Shown piece by piece: positions 14,661-29,434 of a DNA stretch of 64,000 nt. The DNA lies in NCBI GenBank assembly GCA_951406725.2, contig OX597816.1, positions 97,030,001 through 97,094,000 of the forward strand, written 5' to 3'. This stretch comes from Octopus vulgaris (Eukaryota). Made by a program: the position numbers and the translations under genes. Numbering within the stretch: the first letter of the stretch is position 1; the number at the start of each line of letters is the position of its first letter. A model generated the notes under the pieces. That model saw only the letters and a list, made by a program, of their open reading frames with translations. It was not told the DNA's origin and made no database searches.

Positions 14661-14764
14661 GTTATAGAAATCATCAGTTGTTATGGAATTTGATGTTGAA
14701 GAAGGTACATCTGTATTTTCAACAGTAAAAATACCAACATAGCATTCAGCAATAAGCTCAGTAC

Positions 14765-14825
<61 letters not shown>

Positions 14826-15079
14826 CATTAAACTATGCAATATTCAGGCACGTAGCAATGGTGACTGTAATGTTTTACAAGTACAATTTACAACCGTATT
14901 ATATATATAAATCAGTAAAAAGCGTAAGGATGCAGAAAAGCTTCAGCCTGCTAGAAATAAGAGTTAAAGTCTTAATTAAACCACCGTAAAGCACCAAGAT
15001 AACAGAGAAATGATAGTAGGTGAAGAAACGAAAAGAATGAATACATTCAAAAGCACAACTATGAAAGATTATGCCATTT

Positions 15080-15150
15080 AGGACATCTACATACCCGAGT
15101 TTCGGCTTTTGGAAATTTAATCCCTGAGCCTCTTCAGTGCAGACCACCTA
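15080..15150 (-). ncRNA. Canonical type I hammerhead ribozyme, solo
   Basis: Minus: TAGG-tgg-TCTGCA-CTGAAGA-GGCT-cag-GGA-ttaaatt-TCC-aaa-AGCC-GAAA-C-TCGG-G-TA^TGTAGA-tgt-CCTA. All core nucleotides and three stems are present. Confidence 0.85.
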
Positions 15151-15732
15151 GTAAAAATTAAAGACCGTCACGTTATATTCCGTTAGTGTACTGGTTTTGT
15201 TTTACGCCAAAAACACAGCACATGGTGCAGTAATATTTATAAACAACAAGCTGATTTATAATCTATAGCTAAATAATGCTTTTTACCTGCGAACCACATA
15301 TCTTACTACTCTTTATGATTTATGGAGGGCAAAGATGGGAACAAACAAAGTAACAATGGAGACTTATAAGGAAACCCAGCGAAAATAAACTTGGAAGGTC
15401 GTTAGACCAGACCGAGATGAAAATAATGAACGCTGGTAGAAACGTTTTTTTGAAAAGAGGAAAGATAGAAAAGAGAGAGAGAGTGAGATAGAGAGAGAGA
15501 GAGACAAAAAAAAGAAAGAGGTGAGAGAGAGACATATAGAAAACGGTGAAGCAGGGAGGGGAGAAAAAGAGAATTAGAGAAAGATGGAGAAAGAAACCAT
15601 TATGGAGTAGAGAGTAGCATCGAAAAGGTGAAGATAAACCTACTTGGAAATGGATGTGTCGTGTTCAATTAATAATAACTGATAAATAATAATAATAATA
15701 ATAACAACAATAATAATAATAATAATAACAAC

Positions 15733-15836
<104 letters not shown>

Positions 15837-15845
15837 TACATGCAT

Positions 15846-16395
15846 ATATGAGTATAGGACTCACCAACGGTGCAAATAACATGAAATACGTAAATCAACG
15901 AGGGAAAAACGAGTGAAATACGTAAACGAGAAAAATGGAGAACAGAATAAGCTAACGAATAGAAAGAATCCTTCATCAGTTGTTGGCTGTCTATCTACTC
16001 CTCATTTCGAGCATTCAACAACAATATGCGTTTTCAAAGACAATTGCTCCCATAAATTCTAAAGTAAAATTTGGGGTCTGGAGACATACACGAAAACCGA
16101 ACGAAAAGAAACATGGAGGAAAATAGTAAACGTTAGGTGAAACATTTTATTGAAAAGAGAAAAGATAGGACTGAGAAAAACACGTTTAAACGTCCGTGTA
16201 GGAAAAGAAGATAGATGATTGACACGTATGAGCTACGAAAGAGAGAGAGTGAAAGGGAACGAGGGGAGATAGAGATAGAGATAGAAAGCGGTGACGGAGG
16301 GAGGGGAGAAACGTCTACGTATTTCACTCGTTTTTCATTCGTTTGTTTACGTATTTCCTACTATTTGCACCGTTGGTGATGTCCTGTACCCATAT
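15846..16395. mobile_element. Non-coding element with ~80-bp imperfect terminal inverted repeats between (TA)n tracts (possible Penelope-type remnant)
   Basis: 15846-15925 (..CACCAACGGTGCAAATA..AAAAACGAGTGAAATACGTA) is inverted at 16316-16395; minus-strand CTGATGA at 15973-15979. Confidence 0.55.
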
Positions 16396-16414
16396 ATATA
16401 TATATATATATATA

Positions 16415-17598
16415 CTAGCTGAAGGTGACCCGCTCTACGCGCGGGTAAGAGTGTGGTTGTTACTTTCTGTTGCTTCCTTTCAGCACGTAAAAAGCACCAT
16501 CCGAACGTGGCCGATTGCTGCGCCGCCTTGACTGGCTTCTGTGCGGTGGCACGTAAAAAGCACCAACCGATCATGGCCGCTGCCAGCCCCCCTGGCACCT
16601 GTCTGGCGGCACGAAAAAAGCACCCAGTACGCTCACAGAGTGGTTGGCGTTAGGAAGGGCATCCACCTGTAGAAACACTGCCAGATCAGACTAGAGCCTG
16701 GTGCAGCCTCCTGGCTTCCCCGGTCAAACTGTCCAACACGTGCTAGCACGGAAAACGGACGTTAAACGACGACGAGGATGATGATGATGATGATTCTCCC
16801 TCTTTGTTTCTCTCTCCTTTCTCTCTCACTTTCCCCACTCTCTTACTCTTCCTTTCTCTCGGACTCTCCCTCGCTTTCTCTTACTCTCTATCTTTATGTA
16901 TCTCTCTCCCATTTATAAAAAACAAAAGATCTTGAGTAAGTTGAGGAATAAAATATTTGGAAAGATCAATCATAAATATCAGGCAGTGGCAACGGAAAGG
17001 TCTGCTTCAAGGCAGACATCAAAACGTTAACATTTAAAAGGGACAGACGAACTTGCGAGCTGAATAAAAATAATAAAATATTGGAAACCAAAGTTTGAAG
17101 GGATAGAATCTGAGGATAGTAGAGTCACCATGGCTGGCATTTTTTAACGACGGACAGCAACGTTTTGACTGTTTAACGGCTGGCGTAAAATTTTGAACTT
17201 GATGTAAAAGAAAATTCGTAAACACCAAGTTTTGAAGTGATTCTTTCTCACGACAGTAGACTCACCATGGCAAGCATTCAAAACTTCTTCATCATGGACG
17301 GCAACACATTGACGATTAAAAGGCTGGCGCAAATTTTTTAGCTTGATGTAACAGAAAATTCCTAAACACCCGCTCCTTTAAATTTTAATCCCCTTCCAGC
17401 CCCATTTAGACACCTTTTCACATTTTGGTTAATATAATCCGATTTCATTCGGGTCTACTGGGACCACATTTTATAAGATGAGGAATTTTGTCCTAGAGGT
17501 GACGCGTTTCATTTGAGGAAAAAAAATAGTTGTCATGCAAACTTGCCAGCACTTTTAACATAGGTCTGCATATTTTCAGCTCAAGCGACCACATAATG

Positions 17599-17649
<51 letters not shown>

Positions 17650-18286
17650 TAGAGTCTCTCTCATATGTGAGCGTTGACGCTGAATTCGACTGGTAAGCAG
17701 GTAACGTTGACTTTGTTGAAATAGTTGTGAGGTGCTGGAGTTATTTGTCTGACGGGTAGTAGGAATTTCCATATCCTCCGAGGAAACGAACTGTTGACCC
17801 AGACAATTAGAATTAATTTTAATAAAAGCATCAATTTAAGAAAAAATAATAAAGTAGTAAAAAATGAAAATTTAGCACAAAAAATTTGCAGGGTTCTAAA
17901 TAAATGTTAAAATGTAATAGATACGAAAAACCTACGTTATATTTGTTGTCATGATTGTGTGTTGATGGTGGCGATGGTAATTCTCTCTATAAATGCAGAC
18001 AGATACATAAAAGAACGCCGAAGTGATGGGAAGGTAGGAAATGGAGTGAGTGAAAAAGTGGTGGGAAGAGAGGAAATAGCGAGAGTGAGTTGAGGAAGAC
18101 AGATACATTAAAGAACGGCAGTGGACTTGTCAAAGTGGGTTTTTGGCCCTAGCAACGACACCTTTTAAGATAGGGATTTGTAAGGTAGCCCACGGGCATC
18201 GTCACCTCATTTTACGTAAATTTTGGAGTGAATCCGACGGGATGTAATGGCCTTGAAAGCGATCCAAGCGGTAAAAACGCATTTCT

Positions 18287-18298
<12 letters not shown>
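16415..18298 (-). mobile_element. Non-autonomous Helitron, copy 2
   Basis: Reverse complement of 1626-2782 and ~322-700; A|CTAG 3' end and hairpin conserved; central segment differs from copy 1. Confidence 0.8.
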
Positions 18299-18358
<60 letters not shown>

Positions 18359-18712
18359 GCGCTTCCGTGTGTATATTTTATTACACATTTATAGATATGT
18401 GTGTGTACGTACACACACACACGGACGCACACACACACATACACACACACACACACATATATATATATACATATATATGCATGTATGTATATATATACAT
18501 ATACATGTGTGTATAGATATTTATACACGCATACACACGTGGGCTACCTTACAAATCCCTATCTTAAAAGGTGTCGTTGCTAGGGCCAAAAACCCACTTT
18601 GACAAGTCCACTCGTGTTCTTTAATGTATCTGTCTTCCTCAACTCACTCTCGCTATTTCCTCTCTTCCCAGCACTTTTTCACTCACTCTATTTCCTACCT
18701 TCCCATCACTTC

Positions 18713-19095
18713 GGCGCAATGGCCCAGTGGTTAGAGCAGCGGACTCGCGGTCATAGGATCGCGGATTCGATTCCCAGACCGGGCGTTGTGAGTGTTTATA
18801 GAGCGAAAACACCTAAAGCTCCACGAGGCTCCGGCAGGGGATGGTGGTGATCCCTGCTGTACTCTTTCACCACAACTTTCTCTCACACTTACTTCCTGTT
18901 TCTGTTGTACCTGTATTTCAAAAGGCCGGCCTTGTCACTCTCTGTGTCGCGCTGAATATCCCCGAGAACTACGTTAAGGGTACACGTGTCTGTGGAGTGC
19001 TCAGCCACTTACACGTTAATTTCACGAGCTGGCTGTTCCGTTGATTCGGATCAACCGGAACCCTCAACGTCGTATCGGACGGAGTGCTTCCATCC
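18713..19095 (+). mobile_element. Full-length tRNA-derived SINE family C
   Basis: A box TGGCCCAGTGG, B box GATTCGATTCC; 3' half shared with 58195-58500. Confidence 0.8.
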
Positions 19096-19096
19096 A

Positions 19097-19279
<183 letters not shown>

Positions 19280-19344
19280 ACGTGTGTATGCGTGTATAAA
19301 TATCTATACACACGCGTATATGTATATATATACATACATGCATA

Positions 19345-19409
<65 letters not shown>

Positions 19410-21397
19410 GTGTGTGTATGTACACACACATATCTATAAATGTGTAATAGAATATTCACACGGAAGCGCAAAACGCAGGCTCATAACTAGTATACACATA
19501 CTCGCGCACATATGTACGTAACGAATTACATACTTATTTCTAGATATCCTAATGCTTCAGGCATTATGTATTTCTCTTTCTTTTGCTAATTGAACTTTTC
19601 CATGGCGCAATGTTTCAAAGTAATCACCCAAATTACTGCGTATAAACATGACTTAGAAAGACAAATATATTGACGTGTGATATTGTAAAGACCCTTTTGA
19701 AAAAAATTTTAAATTCTGCTGAGATAAACTTTACATTTCATTGCTCCGGGATGGTTAAAATACAATGGTGTCACTGTAATGGATTATTGGTCTTTTCTAA
19801 AGCCGTGGCCTATAGCTTATATTATAAAGTATAATTAAAGTAAATTACATTAGGGTTTTGGCAGGATCGGTAGAGCAACAGAAATATAGAAAAAAATGCC
19901 CCGTTAGGCTACATCTGTTTACATTCTCTCAAGATCTATTTTGTATATCATTCTTCAAAGAATCAATAATATAAGTTTTATCGATTCTTTGTGTTGGGCT
20001 TGATGTAATCAATTGTAGTCCCTGTCCCAAAAATGGTGGCCTTGTTACTATCCTTTCTAATTTGATTCTTGATTCATAATCTTTTATCTTATCAGCTTCC
20101 TCTATTCTTAAATACTTGCATGAATGGTTTCAATTTTCTCCGTTCAGTGACTAACCCTGTTTGAATTTTCATTAAATTGCCTATTCATAGATGCCACTTG
20201 TATGACATATTTGTATCTCACTACTTAATTCATATACAATTTTAGTAAGTTCTTAGACTGCATTTTGTCACTTATATATAAGTTTAAATCATTCACAGAA
20301 AAATAAATGATTTATGGTTTGCTCATAGCATGTGCAATTATTCGATGTTTTGATGCAGAAAATTAGTTTATTGAGTCAGAGGTAGACTTTGAATGGTTTA
20401 TGGGTTGGGGAAAGTCCTATATTTTATTTGTGTTGTCTATTTTGCTATAATTCCTGTATCATTTGAATGAGCTGTTATATTTCTTCCAGCATCTTTTAAG
20501 ACTGTATTATAACTGCTTACATTAATGTTCGTTTTGTGTCTCCTGTGATTATCTTTTCTCGTGCTTGTGTGCGTTTAATATCAGAGGAATGCTTAATATA
20601 ACACTTCTAGGCATTGTACTTTAGTCCATAGTTGCTCTTGTAGTTTTTATTTTATTATGATGGACGTTGAAAGCTGGTTTGTTGCGCATTAAACATTCGC
20701 GAGGACACCACTTTTAACACTGCTGCTCGAGTTACCTGTCATTCTAAGAGTAATCAATTTAAACACGCGCTACGAAATTTCTCATAATTGTTGAGTTGGA
20801 TATTCTTTTTATGCTGATTATGTTGCCGGTCATGTTTGATGTGGTGAGTTGGAAAATCTTTGTTGAGCTTTCTTCATACGTGTGGAATTGAGAGAGTCGC
20901 CAGAGCGTCGGATAAAATACATTGACTATCTAATTACTGCTCTTTACATCTGAGATCAAATCACAGTGATGCCAACTTCGCATTTCAACGTTTCCACGAA
21001 TTTCAAAAGAACGTATTAAGTATTAGGTGGTGAATGAATATTCCTATAAACCGCCGATTCTAGATAAGAATGGAATCATGATACCAAATAGAGACTTTCA
21101 AATTACTTCTTGTATAATATATCACATTCTTAATTTTTCATTCTGGGCACACATTGTTATGTAGTATTATGGAAGATATATTTTTAACATAATCAGAACA
21201 AGAAAGACATAACATAAATATTAGCCATTCGTAATGGATGTCTGAATAGCATCTCTATCTACTCGGTTTGATGATTTGCTCCTGGATTTAGTGACGCTAT
21301 TCAATATTTTCCTTTACTTACGAAGCGCTATGCTTCATCATCCATGTTATCATTCAACCCAAAGTAGTCATTGTCATCATCATTGTTGTTGTTGTTG

Positions 21398-21498
<101 letters not shown>

Positions 21499-21810
21499 GC
21501 TGCTGAGTTCCTTCAAGCATTATACAGAACAGACAGATATAGCTTCCATATATTTTCTCATCTGATTTGAGCAGTAAAACTTCTGTGTTCAGTATTTCTA
21601 CCGAGGCATAAAATCCAACTAGTTTAATGTTGCAATATCATTTTATATATTTCTCCAGTCAGGAAAATAATTGAGAAATATTGAAGGAAAGGAAAAATAT
21701 ACATATATGCATACATTCATATTCATCTGAATACATACAAGCCTACATGCATACATGCATACATGCATACATGCATACATGCATACATATATACATACAT
21801 AAATACATAC

Positions 21811-21862
<52 letters not shown>

Positions 21863-23369
21863 GTGTATATATATACTTATACATATATATGTATTTATAC
21901 ATATATATGTATCTATACATATATATATATATATATACCCATACATATATTTGTATATATATATATGACCATAAATACCTGCATATATTTATATATATAC
22001 ATATGTGTATATATACATATATACATGCACAGAGACAAGCCCGCGCACATAGACATACAAACTTACCGAAACACATACACATATGCATTCACTACACACA
22101 TAAGCACACATCCACAGACACGTGTGTACATGTAAGCGTATGTATAATATGAGTGTAGGGATCTATAAAGTCTTGTTTGTATGTACGTATGAATGAAAAC
22201 GTATGCAATGTATGCATATATGTATGTAGGCATGCATTCATGTATCTGTGTATGAAGACTATAATAATGCATGCATTTATTAATGTAGCATGTTCTAGCA
22301 ATCTAACGTATGTATGATGTTGTAAAGTGGATATTACGCTCATCACCAATCATCTCCTATCTCAAAAAAGAAAAAAGAAATAGATAGGAGACCATAAGAA
22401 TGCGGTATATGTTATTTCGTTAATGTTGACAGTTCCTGTATAATTTGATGCTATCGAAATTAACACACGGTTAATCGGGAGAGAAACATGTTGAAAACGA
22501 AATCTGATTAGATGGACTAAATTACGACTAGTCATCAAATGAATTCTAAAACGGAGAATCTTGTACATCATTTGCACATAAATTAGTTTTAGGAATTATG
22601 TCCTGCTTGATCAGTGAGAAACTGTCAAATGTTTATTCTTTTTCTGCGATCTAATCTAGATGTCCATAAACAGTTTCCGCATAAAGGAAAAAATAATAAT
22701 CATAGGATGAAAAATATATAATTATGTTTGAATAATTTTTTCGTCTATCTTAGCTAGGTAGAAATGCTTCATTGGTCGTCGAAATTAGTTGCTTATTAAG
22801 AAAACCTCATTATTTTTTCTCAGATATATAGACGCAATAAATGGAACAAGAGAAATGATTTTCTCGGAAAGGAGAACAATAAAATTAATAAATGTTCTTT
22901 GTTTCATCTTTGACAGTGATATGGCTAAAGCTTCTCAACAAACAAGGAAATGTATCGTAGAGTTAAGGTTACAACTTACACTCATTGTCATGCCAAAATG
23001 ATTGCAAGCCTTTAAAATATTTGTTTTCAAAATGTGTAAATCAGTGTCCTCTGTAGTATAGTGCTATTGGTAGAATGTCTGCAGCGATTTCAATACGGTT
23101 TTAAATTAATACTGTGTTGAAGTCTTTACTTCTTATTTCACTCTTAATCTGTATTCAGACAAGAATAGAAATGCTTGCAAGAGAAAAAGCTGGTACATGA
23201 TATTTCAGCAGACAAGTACCAAATATGTTACTTCTCAAGAGACTTCAATAAAACTCGTATACCCGTGTCACCAAAGATGCAGACAGTTTTAGTAATGATG
23301 GAAAATGGCACATCAAAATATGTCTGTATATATATATATATATTATATATTCTTTCTTTTATTCTTTTT

Positions 23370-23565
23370 CTTTAGCTTGTTTCAGTCATTTGACTGCAGT
23401 CATGCTGGAGCACCACTTTTAGGCGAGTAAATCGACCCCAAAACTTATTCTTTGTAAGCCTAGTACTTATTCTATCGGTATCTTTTGCCGAACCGCTAAG
23501 TTACGGGGATGTAAACACACCAATACCAGTTGTCAAGCAAAGGTAGAGGGGCAAACACAGACTCA

Positions 23566-23643
<78 letters not shown>

Positions 23644-23745
23644 ACTTATATACGACGGACGTCTTTCAGTTCCCGTCTACCAAATCCACTCACAAGGTTT
23701 TTGATCGACTCGGGGCTATAGTAGAAGACACTTGCCCAAGGCAGC
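23370..23745 (-). mobile_element. SINE family A, 5'-truncated
   Basis: Reverse complement of the 46407-46819 body. Confidence 0.85.
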
Positions 23746-24045
23746 ACGCGCATACACGAGCACACACATACACACTTGAACATATATACACATCGGGTTG
23801 ATTGTTGGTGTTACCATGATATTCTGGCTTTCTCCATTGCCATTGATCTGTAAATATACAATTGCATTATATAATGCGGAGCATGCATGTTAATGCAAAC
23901 GTATGGGCACGATTTCTTCCACATTGAAATTAATACTATATGAAGGTTGCTAAACGACCATGACCCTAAGAATGTCATGTGGTTAAATGAATATATATTT
24001 ACCTCTCATACCTCCTGACATTTATGCATATGTAATATATGAATA

Positions 24046-24144
<99 letters not shown>

Positions 24145-25004
24145 AAAGAGAGACACACACATACACACACGCGTGCGCACACACACATATCTATGTATGT
24201 ATTAACTTTTATCGTTTATCTGTTTCAGTTATTTGACTACAGCCGTATAACAGTAATGAAGTAGAGACGCTGTTGGATTATTTAGAAAACTTCAAACTGT
24301 TTCATTAAACATTATGAAACAAATACAAAAATAAACAGAATTAACCTAACTCGAAACGTGCGATTTAGAAAGGAAATCTGTTAAATCGGAACAAATTCAA
24401 CAGCTTCAAGTTCTAAAGTCTTACTCACAAAATTGTGTATATACAAAGAAGCACTGCGTATCATATATTGGTATTTAGTAACCTTACTCATTGCAGTCGT
24501 AAACTATCAATCTCGCTTAACCTATATTATATCTATTACTCTCAATAATAGACTACACGTTTACTTTACCATTTCGCAAATCCGTTTATGAAAATTATGG
24601 CTAGTCAATGCACATAGCCATCTCTTAGTGCATGGATCAAACTCTTTATCGACCAAAATTACACGATACCAGAAAACTCGGAAATTAATTAGTCTGTCAC
24701 GATACGAAAATTTCTGTTAAGTTAAGTAAAATATTCGTAACTGTTATTTGGTTGATTAAACTACTGACGTTTGCATATTGTATGTTCTTGCATACATCTA
24801 TGGGAGGGAGTTTTGTGGTTGAAAATTAAAGTATTAAAGAGGAGGTTGTTTGGTAATAGATTTAATAACTATACGCACATAATTAGAGCTATATGAAGAT
24901 GTATTCATTAACATTTAATAGTTGAAAGAGTCAAGTAAGTCAGCGTTTGCCTACCTATGTGAATCTGTTAGTAAGTACGAATGAAATATAATTTACAGTT
25001 TACG

Positions 25005-25231
25005 TTTTTACTCTTTTATTTATTTCAGTCATTTGACTACGGCCATGCTGGAGCACCGCCTTTAGTCGAAAAAATCGACCACAGGACTTATTCCATGTAA
25101 GCCTAGTATTTATTTTATCGCTCTCTTTTGCCGAACAGCTAGGTTACGGGGACGTAAAAACACCAGCATCGGTTGTCAGGCAATGATGTGGTGGGGTGGT
25201 GGCAGAAATACAGACACACACAAACATACAA

Positions 25232-25285
<54 letters not shown>

Positions 25286-25432
25286 GATGGGCGTCTTTCA
25301 GTTTCCGTCTATCAAATCCACTCACAAGGCTTTGATCGGCCCGAGGCTATAGCAAAAGACACATGCCCAAGGTGCCGCGCAGTGCGAGTGAACCCGGAAC
25401 CATGTGGTTGGTAAGCAAGCTACTTACCACAC
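25005..25432 (-). mobile_element. SINE family A
   Basis: Reverse complement of 46407-46819, including most of the tRNA head. Confidence 0.85.
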
Positions 25433-25650
25433 TCCTTCAAATTTTGGCACAAGGCCAGCAGTTTTGGGGAAGGGAGTAAGTCGATTACATCGATCCCAGT
25501 ATTCAAATGGTTCTTATTTTATCAATCCCGAATGGATGAAAAGAAAATGTCAACCTCGGTGGAACTTGAAGTCTGAACGTAAGGACGGACGAAATGCCGC
25601 TATGTATTTTGTCCGGCATGCTAACAATTCTTCCAGCTTGCTGCCTTGTA
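25433..25650 (-). mobile_element. Nin-domain-like SINE
   Basis: Homologous to 4925-5140 and 56205-56412. Confidence 0.75.
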
Positions 25651-28087
25651 CAGTTATATATGTTAATACTTGAGACCATACTGATACATATGGTCTAGTA
25701 TCATAGAAGCGCTTTTACACAGTAAGGACTGAAATGAAGAATAACACCACATCGGCTCTTCATGTCAACTAATGGTCCTCTGACGTATATGCTGGAATGG
25801 AATTTGCATCGTGCTGTCGAAATGCTCAGTAAACCTGAATAATGAGTAGTGTTGTATGAATATGTATAGTTTAGGTAGGTATTATTCCAAAAATTACAGT
25901 TACAGAAATTCATCAATACAATAAATATAAAATCGAAGATTTTCATCATGTCTACATGTTTCACCGAGAAGCTGAAAATCACATTACTGAAACTATTACT
26001 TTCAACAATCGCATGATTTCTAAACATCCACATTCATATATCTTCTTGTCATGAAATATGTCTAAAAACAACCCTGCATTTTGCACGTAAACGTGACTAT
26101 TAAATTGCTTAGTAAAAATGAGAAAGAAAAATTCAAATTCACATAACATCTATTCGTTGCCCTCTTCCTAAGGCCTGTTTATACTTTAGAATACTGTCGT
26201 AGAACCTGTTATTAAGATGATCACGTAAACTACACCGTTACAACAGACTGTCACCGCTAACCCTGCAGCAGATAAATAAAATAAAATAAAAAAAAACAAA
26301 AAAACAAAATGAGTGTTATGGTTTGCCATACTTATGGCAGATCTCCAGCACGAATGCGCAACAGAAAATAAAAAAGAAAAACGAAATATCATCAGAGTTG
26401 ACAACAATGAATAAAATATCAATATATTGAATTAAGAGACTCATGTGATGAGAAGGAAATAGATTAAAATTGGTTACTGGAACTTTTACCGTTGGAAGAA
26501 GAATATCTATGAAATTTAGTATGATTGCAGTATACAAATAATATTCTTGTCATAATTTAGACCAAATATAATTTGGTCTAAATTATTGGTTCATCATGCT
26601 AGTTTTCTTCATTGATTTATTGGAACTTATCTGTTTTATAGTTAGAGAACCAAAGTAACTATGCTAATACTCTTTCAATGCGTCTCTATGTGTTTTTGTG
26701 ATAATCTCAGAATTTAGAAATATATAAACACTACATCATAAGGAAGTGTTGTAAAGTAGTAAACAAACTAATACTTCTAAGTCATATGGTAGGAGAGAAA
26801 CATTTGGCAGAATCGAATTTATAATTGGCTTTTGATTCTCTGCATCTACTCAATTTACATCCTTATTTTCACCAGGAAATGAGTGAACTTCACAAGCTTC
26901 GTTCAAGTGCATTATTATGCAGATTCGAACACACGAGGAAAGTGAAATTTGTGTAAGATGTAATTTCTAAAGTGACAAGATCAATATCGAACTAAGAAAT
27001 TCGCAACTACGTAAAACAGGCATAATTCTAATTTGAGTTTTCCAGAAAAATAAACTTATTTCAATTCTAGCTAAAAAGGAGAATGGTACCATGCGAACTA
27101 TTTGACATTATACTAATAATATACATTGAACTAAAACGAGGAGGCGATGGATGTGATATTCGAATAGTGATGTGTGCAATGCATGTTAACAGTTATTTGC
27201 TTTGTGGATAACTGGATGGTAAAGAGCAGCTTGCAAAATACCTTGTAGTAGTTAACGTACGACCTTTGATGGTTAACTATCAAAATTCAACTGTAATCGA
27301 TGTTCTCTCTCATTATTCCATGATCAGTCAAATACATCCCACCCAAGTACTGGGACTAATGTAATTGGTGCTACCTTGGCTCAAAATATGTTGTTGTCTC
27401 TACATTCTATAAATCATTACATAGTTCTTTAGTCTGTTTTAGTGATCACAAATAAAACCAGGCTGAAACACTGCATTTAAGTGAAGAGTTAATTATTTGT
27501 GCTGAATTGCATGATTTTTCCGACCGAACATCATATCAACATAATATCATGATTATATTATTAATTCCATTAATGCGCTTTCTGTTATTGTACAGTTGAT
27601 TATAAAAGCTATTACTTTATTAAGGTATTACTTCCAAGATATCTGGTTGAATAGAACAATATTGTTGAGGAAAATACGCCAGGAGAGAGTTATGTGCAAC
27701 CTTGCTGATTGAATAAAAGATTGACGAAAAAGAAAATCAAGGTGTCCCGAACAGACGGAATTTCATTTTGTCAGCCGGCAGGAAAAACTTAATTCTTTTT
27801 GGTTTATTTTATCTATGGAATTTAAATTACTTTCCTGAAAAGACTGAGAACGATAAATACAAAATAATAAGTATTGTGGTACAATCCTGAATAAAAGAGC
27901 TACCTAATAATTACAATGCTGACAATAATGATTTTGTTGCACTCCGAAGTAACTATACCAGTGATAGCACTGCTATGAAATCATTGTAATGAGGATAAAT
28001 AAGGTTGAAATCATCATATTTCAGGTTCTAGATTCTTTACAGCGGTTTTACTTCGTTCATAAATTATGTGCCTAATATAACCTTTGA

Positions 28088-28420
28088 AGGCGCATGACTA
28101 AGTGGTTAGAGTATCAGGCTCACAATCATGAGCTAGTGAATTCGATTCCCGGACTGAGCTGTGTGTTGTGTTCTTGAGAAAGACACTTTATTTCACGTTA
28201 CTCCAGTTCACTCAGCTGTAGAAATGAGATGTGACGTCACTGGTGCCAAGCTGTATCGGCCTTTGCTTTTCCTTTGGCTGACATCGGCAGTGTGGAGAGG
28301 GGAGGCGGGTATGCGTGGGTGATTGCTGGTGTTCCATTAACAACCTTGCCCAAATTTTTACCTTGGAGGGTAACATTCTAGGTACACTCCCATGGTGATT
28401 CATGACCGGAAGTATCTTTA
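28088..28420 (+). mobile_element. tRNA-derived SINE family D
   Basis: A-box-like TGACTAAGTGG, B-box-like AATTCGATTCC, CORE-like TGTTCTTGAGAAAGACACTTTATTTCAC. Confidence 0.7.
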
Positions 28421-28971
28421 ATATAACCGTAATATACCCAACTTTGTCACTATCACCATTCTTATCAAAAATAAGAGTCACTCACCACTGTATACACTCA
28501 TTCAAAATTTTATCAATTTAAATCTTGGTGTAGCCTTCCTTTCCGTCCTTGGCACGTATTGCCATAACCCTTAATTATTCTTAGTTAAAGAAAACATAAT
28601 AGAATCATTATTACACTGCTTAATAAATTCAAGCATATACATTGCTTCCTTATTGGCATATTGTTTACCATTGAATCTGAGGATGGCCACGTTCCTCTTT
28701 GTAAGTGACTCCTTTGATTAATCAAAATCCAATTCTTGTACATGTTTGTTTGGAAACTTCATGTGTAAATACATGCGTATGCCTCTATTCTTTTTTCTCA
28801 TGGTAATGCAAAGTGCATTTCACCTCAGTATATCTATTCTCCTACACCTGCGGGACCCCGAAATGAGCTGCGAGTAAATGATTCGTCACTCTCTCTTTTA
28901 GAGTTGATTTTCCTCCATTTCCATGCCTTTGAACTGCTTTTTTCGTCAAACGTCTGAGCCTTAAACATAAT

Positions 28972-29434
28972 TGTAATGTGATTATGAATCTGAATATGCT
29001 TGGGGCAAATTCAAACCGGTCAACATGCTACTCATTGCGTTTTGTCACGGAAAATATATCCAGTTTGTTGATAGATGGTGGGTATACACCTATATCATTT
29101 CGTAGCGCCACCTACGGAGACCATGAAATGCAAGCATTTCGGAGTAGTTATCTCCTCTTCGGTCATGGACACCAAGCAGGTGGCGCTACGAGCTGATTGA
29201 AGAGACTGACTCTCTTATGGTTTTCAAGTTGCCATACGGCGATTGGCAGTGCTATGCGGCGGCTCACTGTAAATGAATTACAGAGGGGGAGTGCTAAGCA
29301 GTGATTAGTAAAATGTAATGTTATTACCTGTCTGAATATGCTTGAGGCACATTTGAACCCGGTCAACAAGTTACTTATTGCGTTTTGTCACGGAAAATAT
29401 ATCCCGTTTGTTGACAAATGGTGTGTATACACCT
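28972..29434 (-). mobile_element. ~342-bp retrozyme-like unit with ~120-bp terminal direct redundancy
   Basis: 28972-29091 is repeated, diverged, at 29314-29434; a hammerhead fold lies between the repeats. Confidence 0.65.
29100..29191 (-). ncRNA. Type I hammerhead ribozyme, U4C variant
   Basis: Minus: TCGTAGCGCCACCT-loop-CCATGA-CCGAAGA-GGAG-ataacta-CTCC-GAAA-TGC-tt-GCA-TT^TCATGG-loop-AGGTGGCGCTACGA. Confidence 0.75.

Noticed and set aside
18713-18785. tRNA gene
   Set aside because: The tRNA-like head continues into a SINE body and tail and has no paired acceptor stem.
25701-26050. Possible host exon (110-aa minus ORF)
   Set aside because: No recognisable protein motif in the frames read and no convincing splice pair; RNA-seq would be needed.
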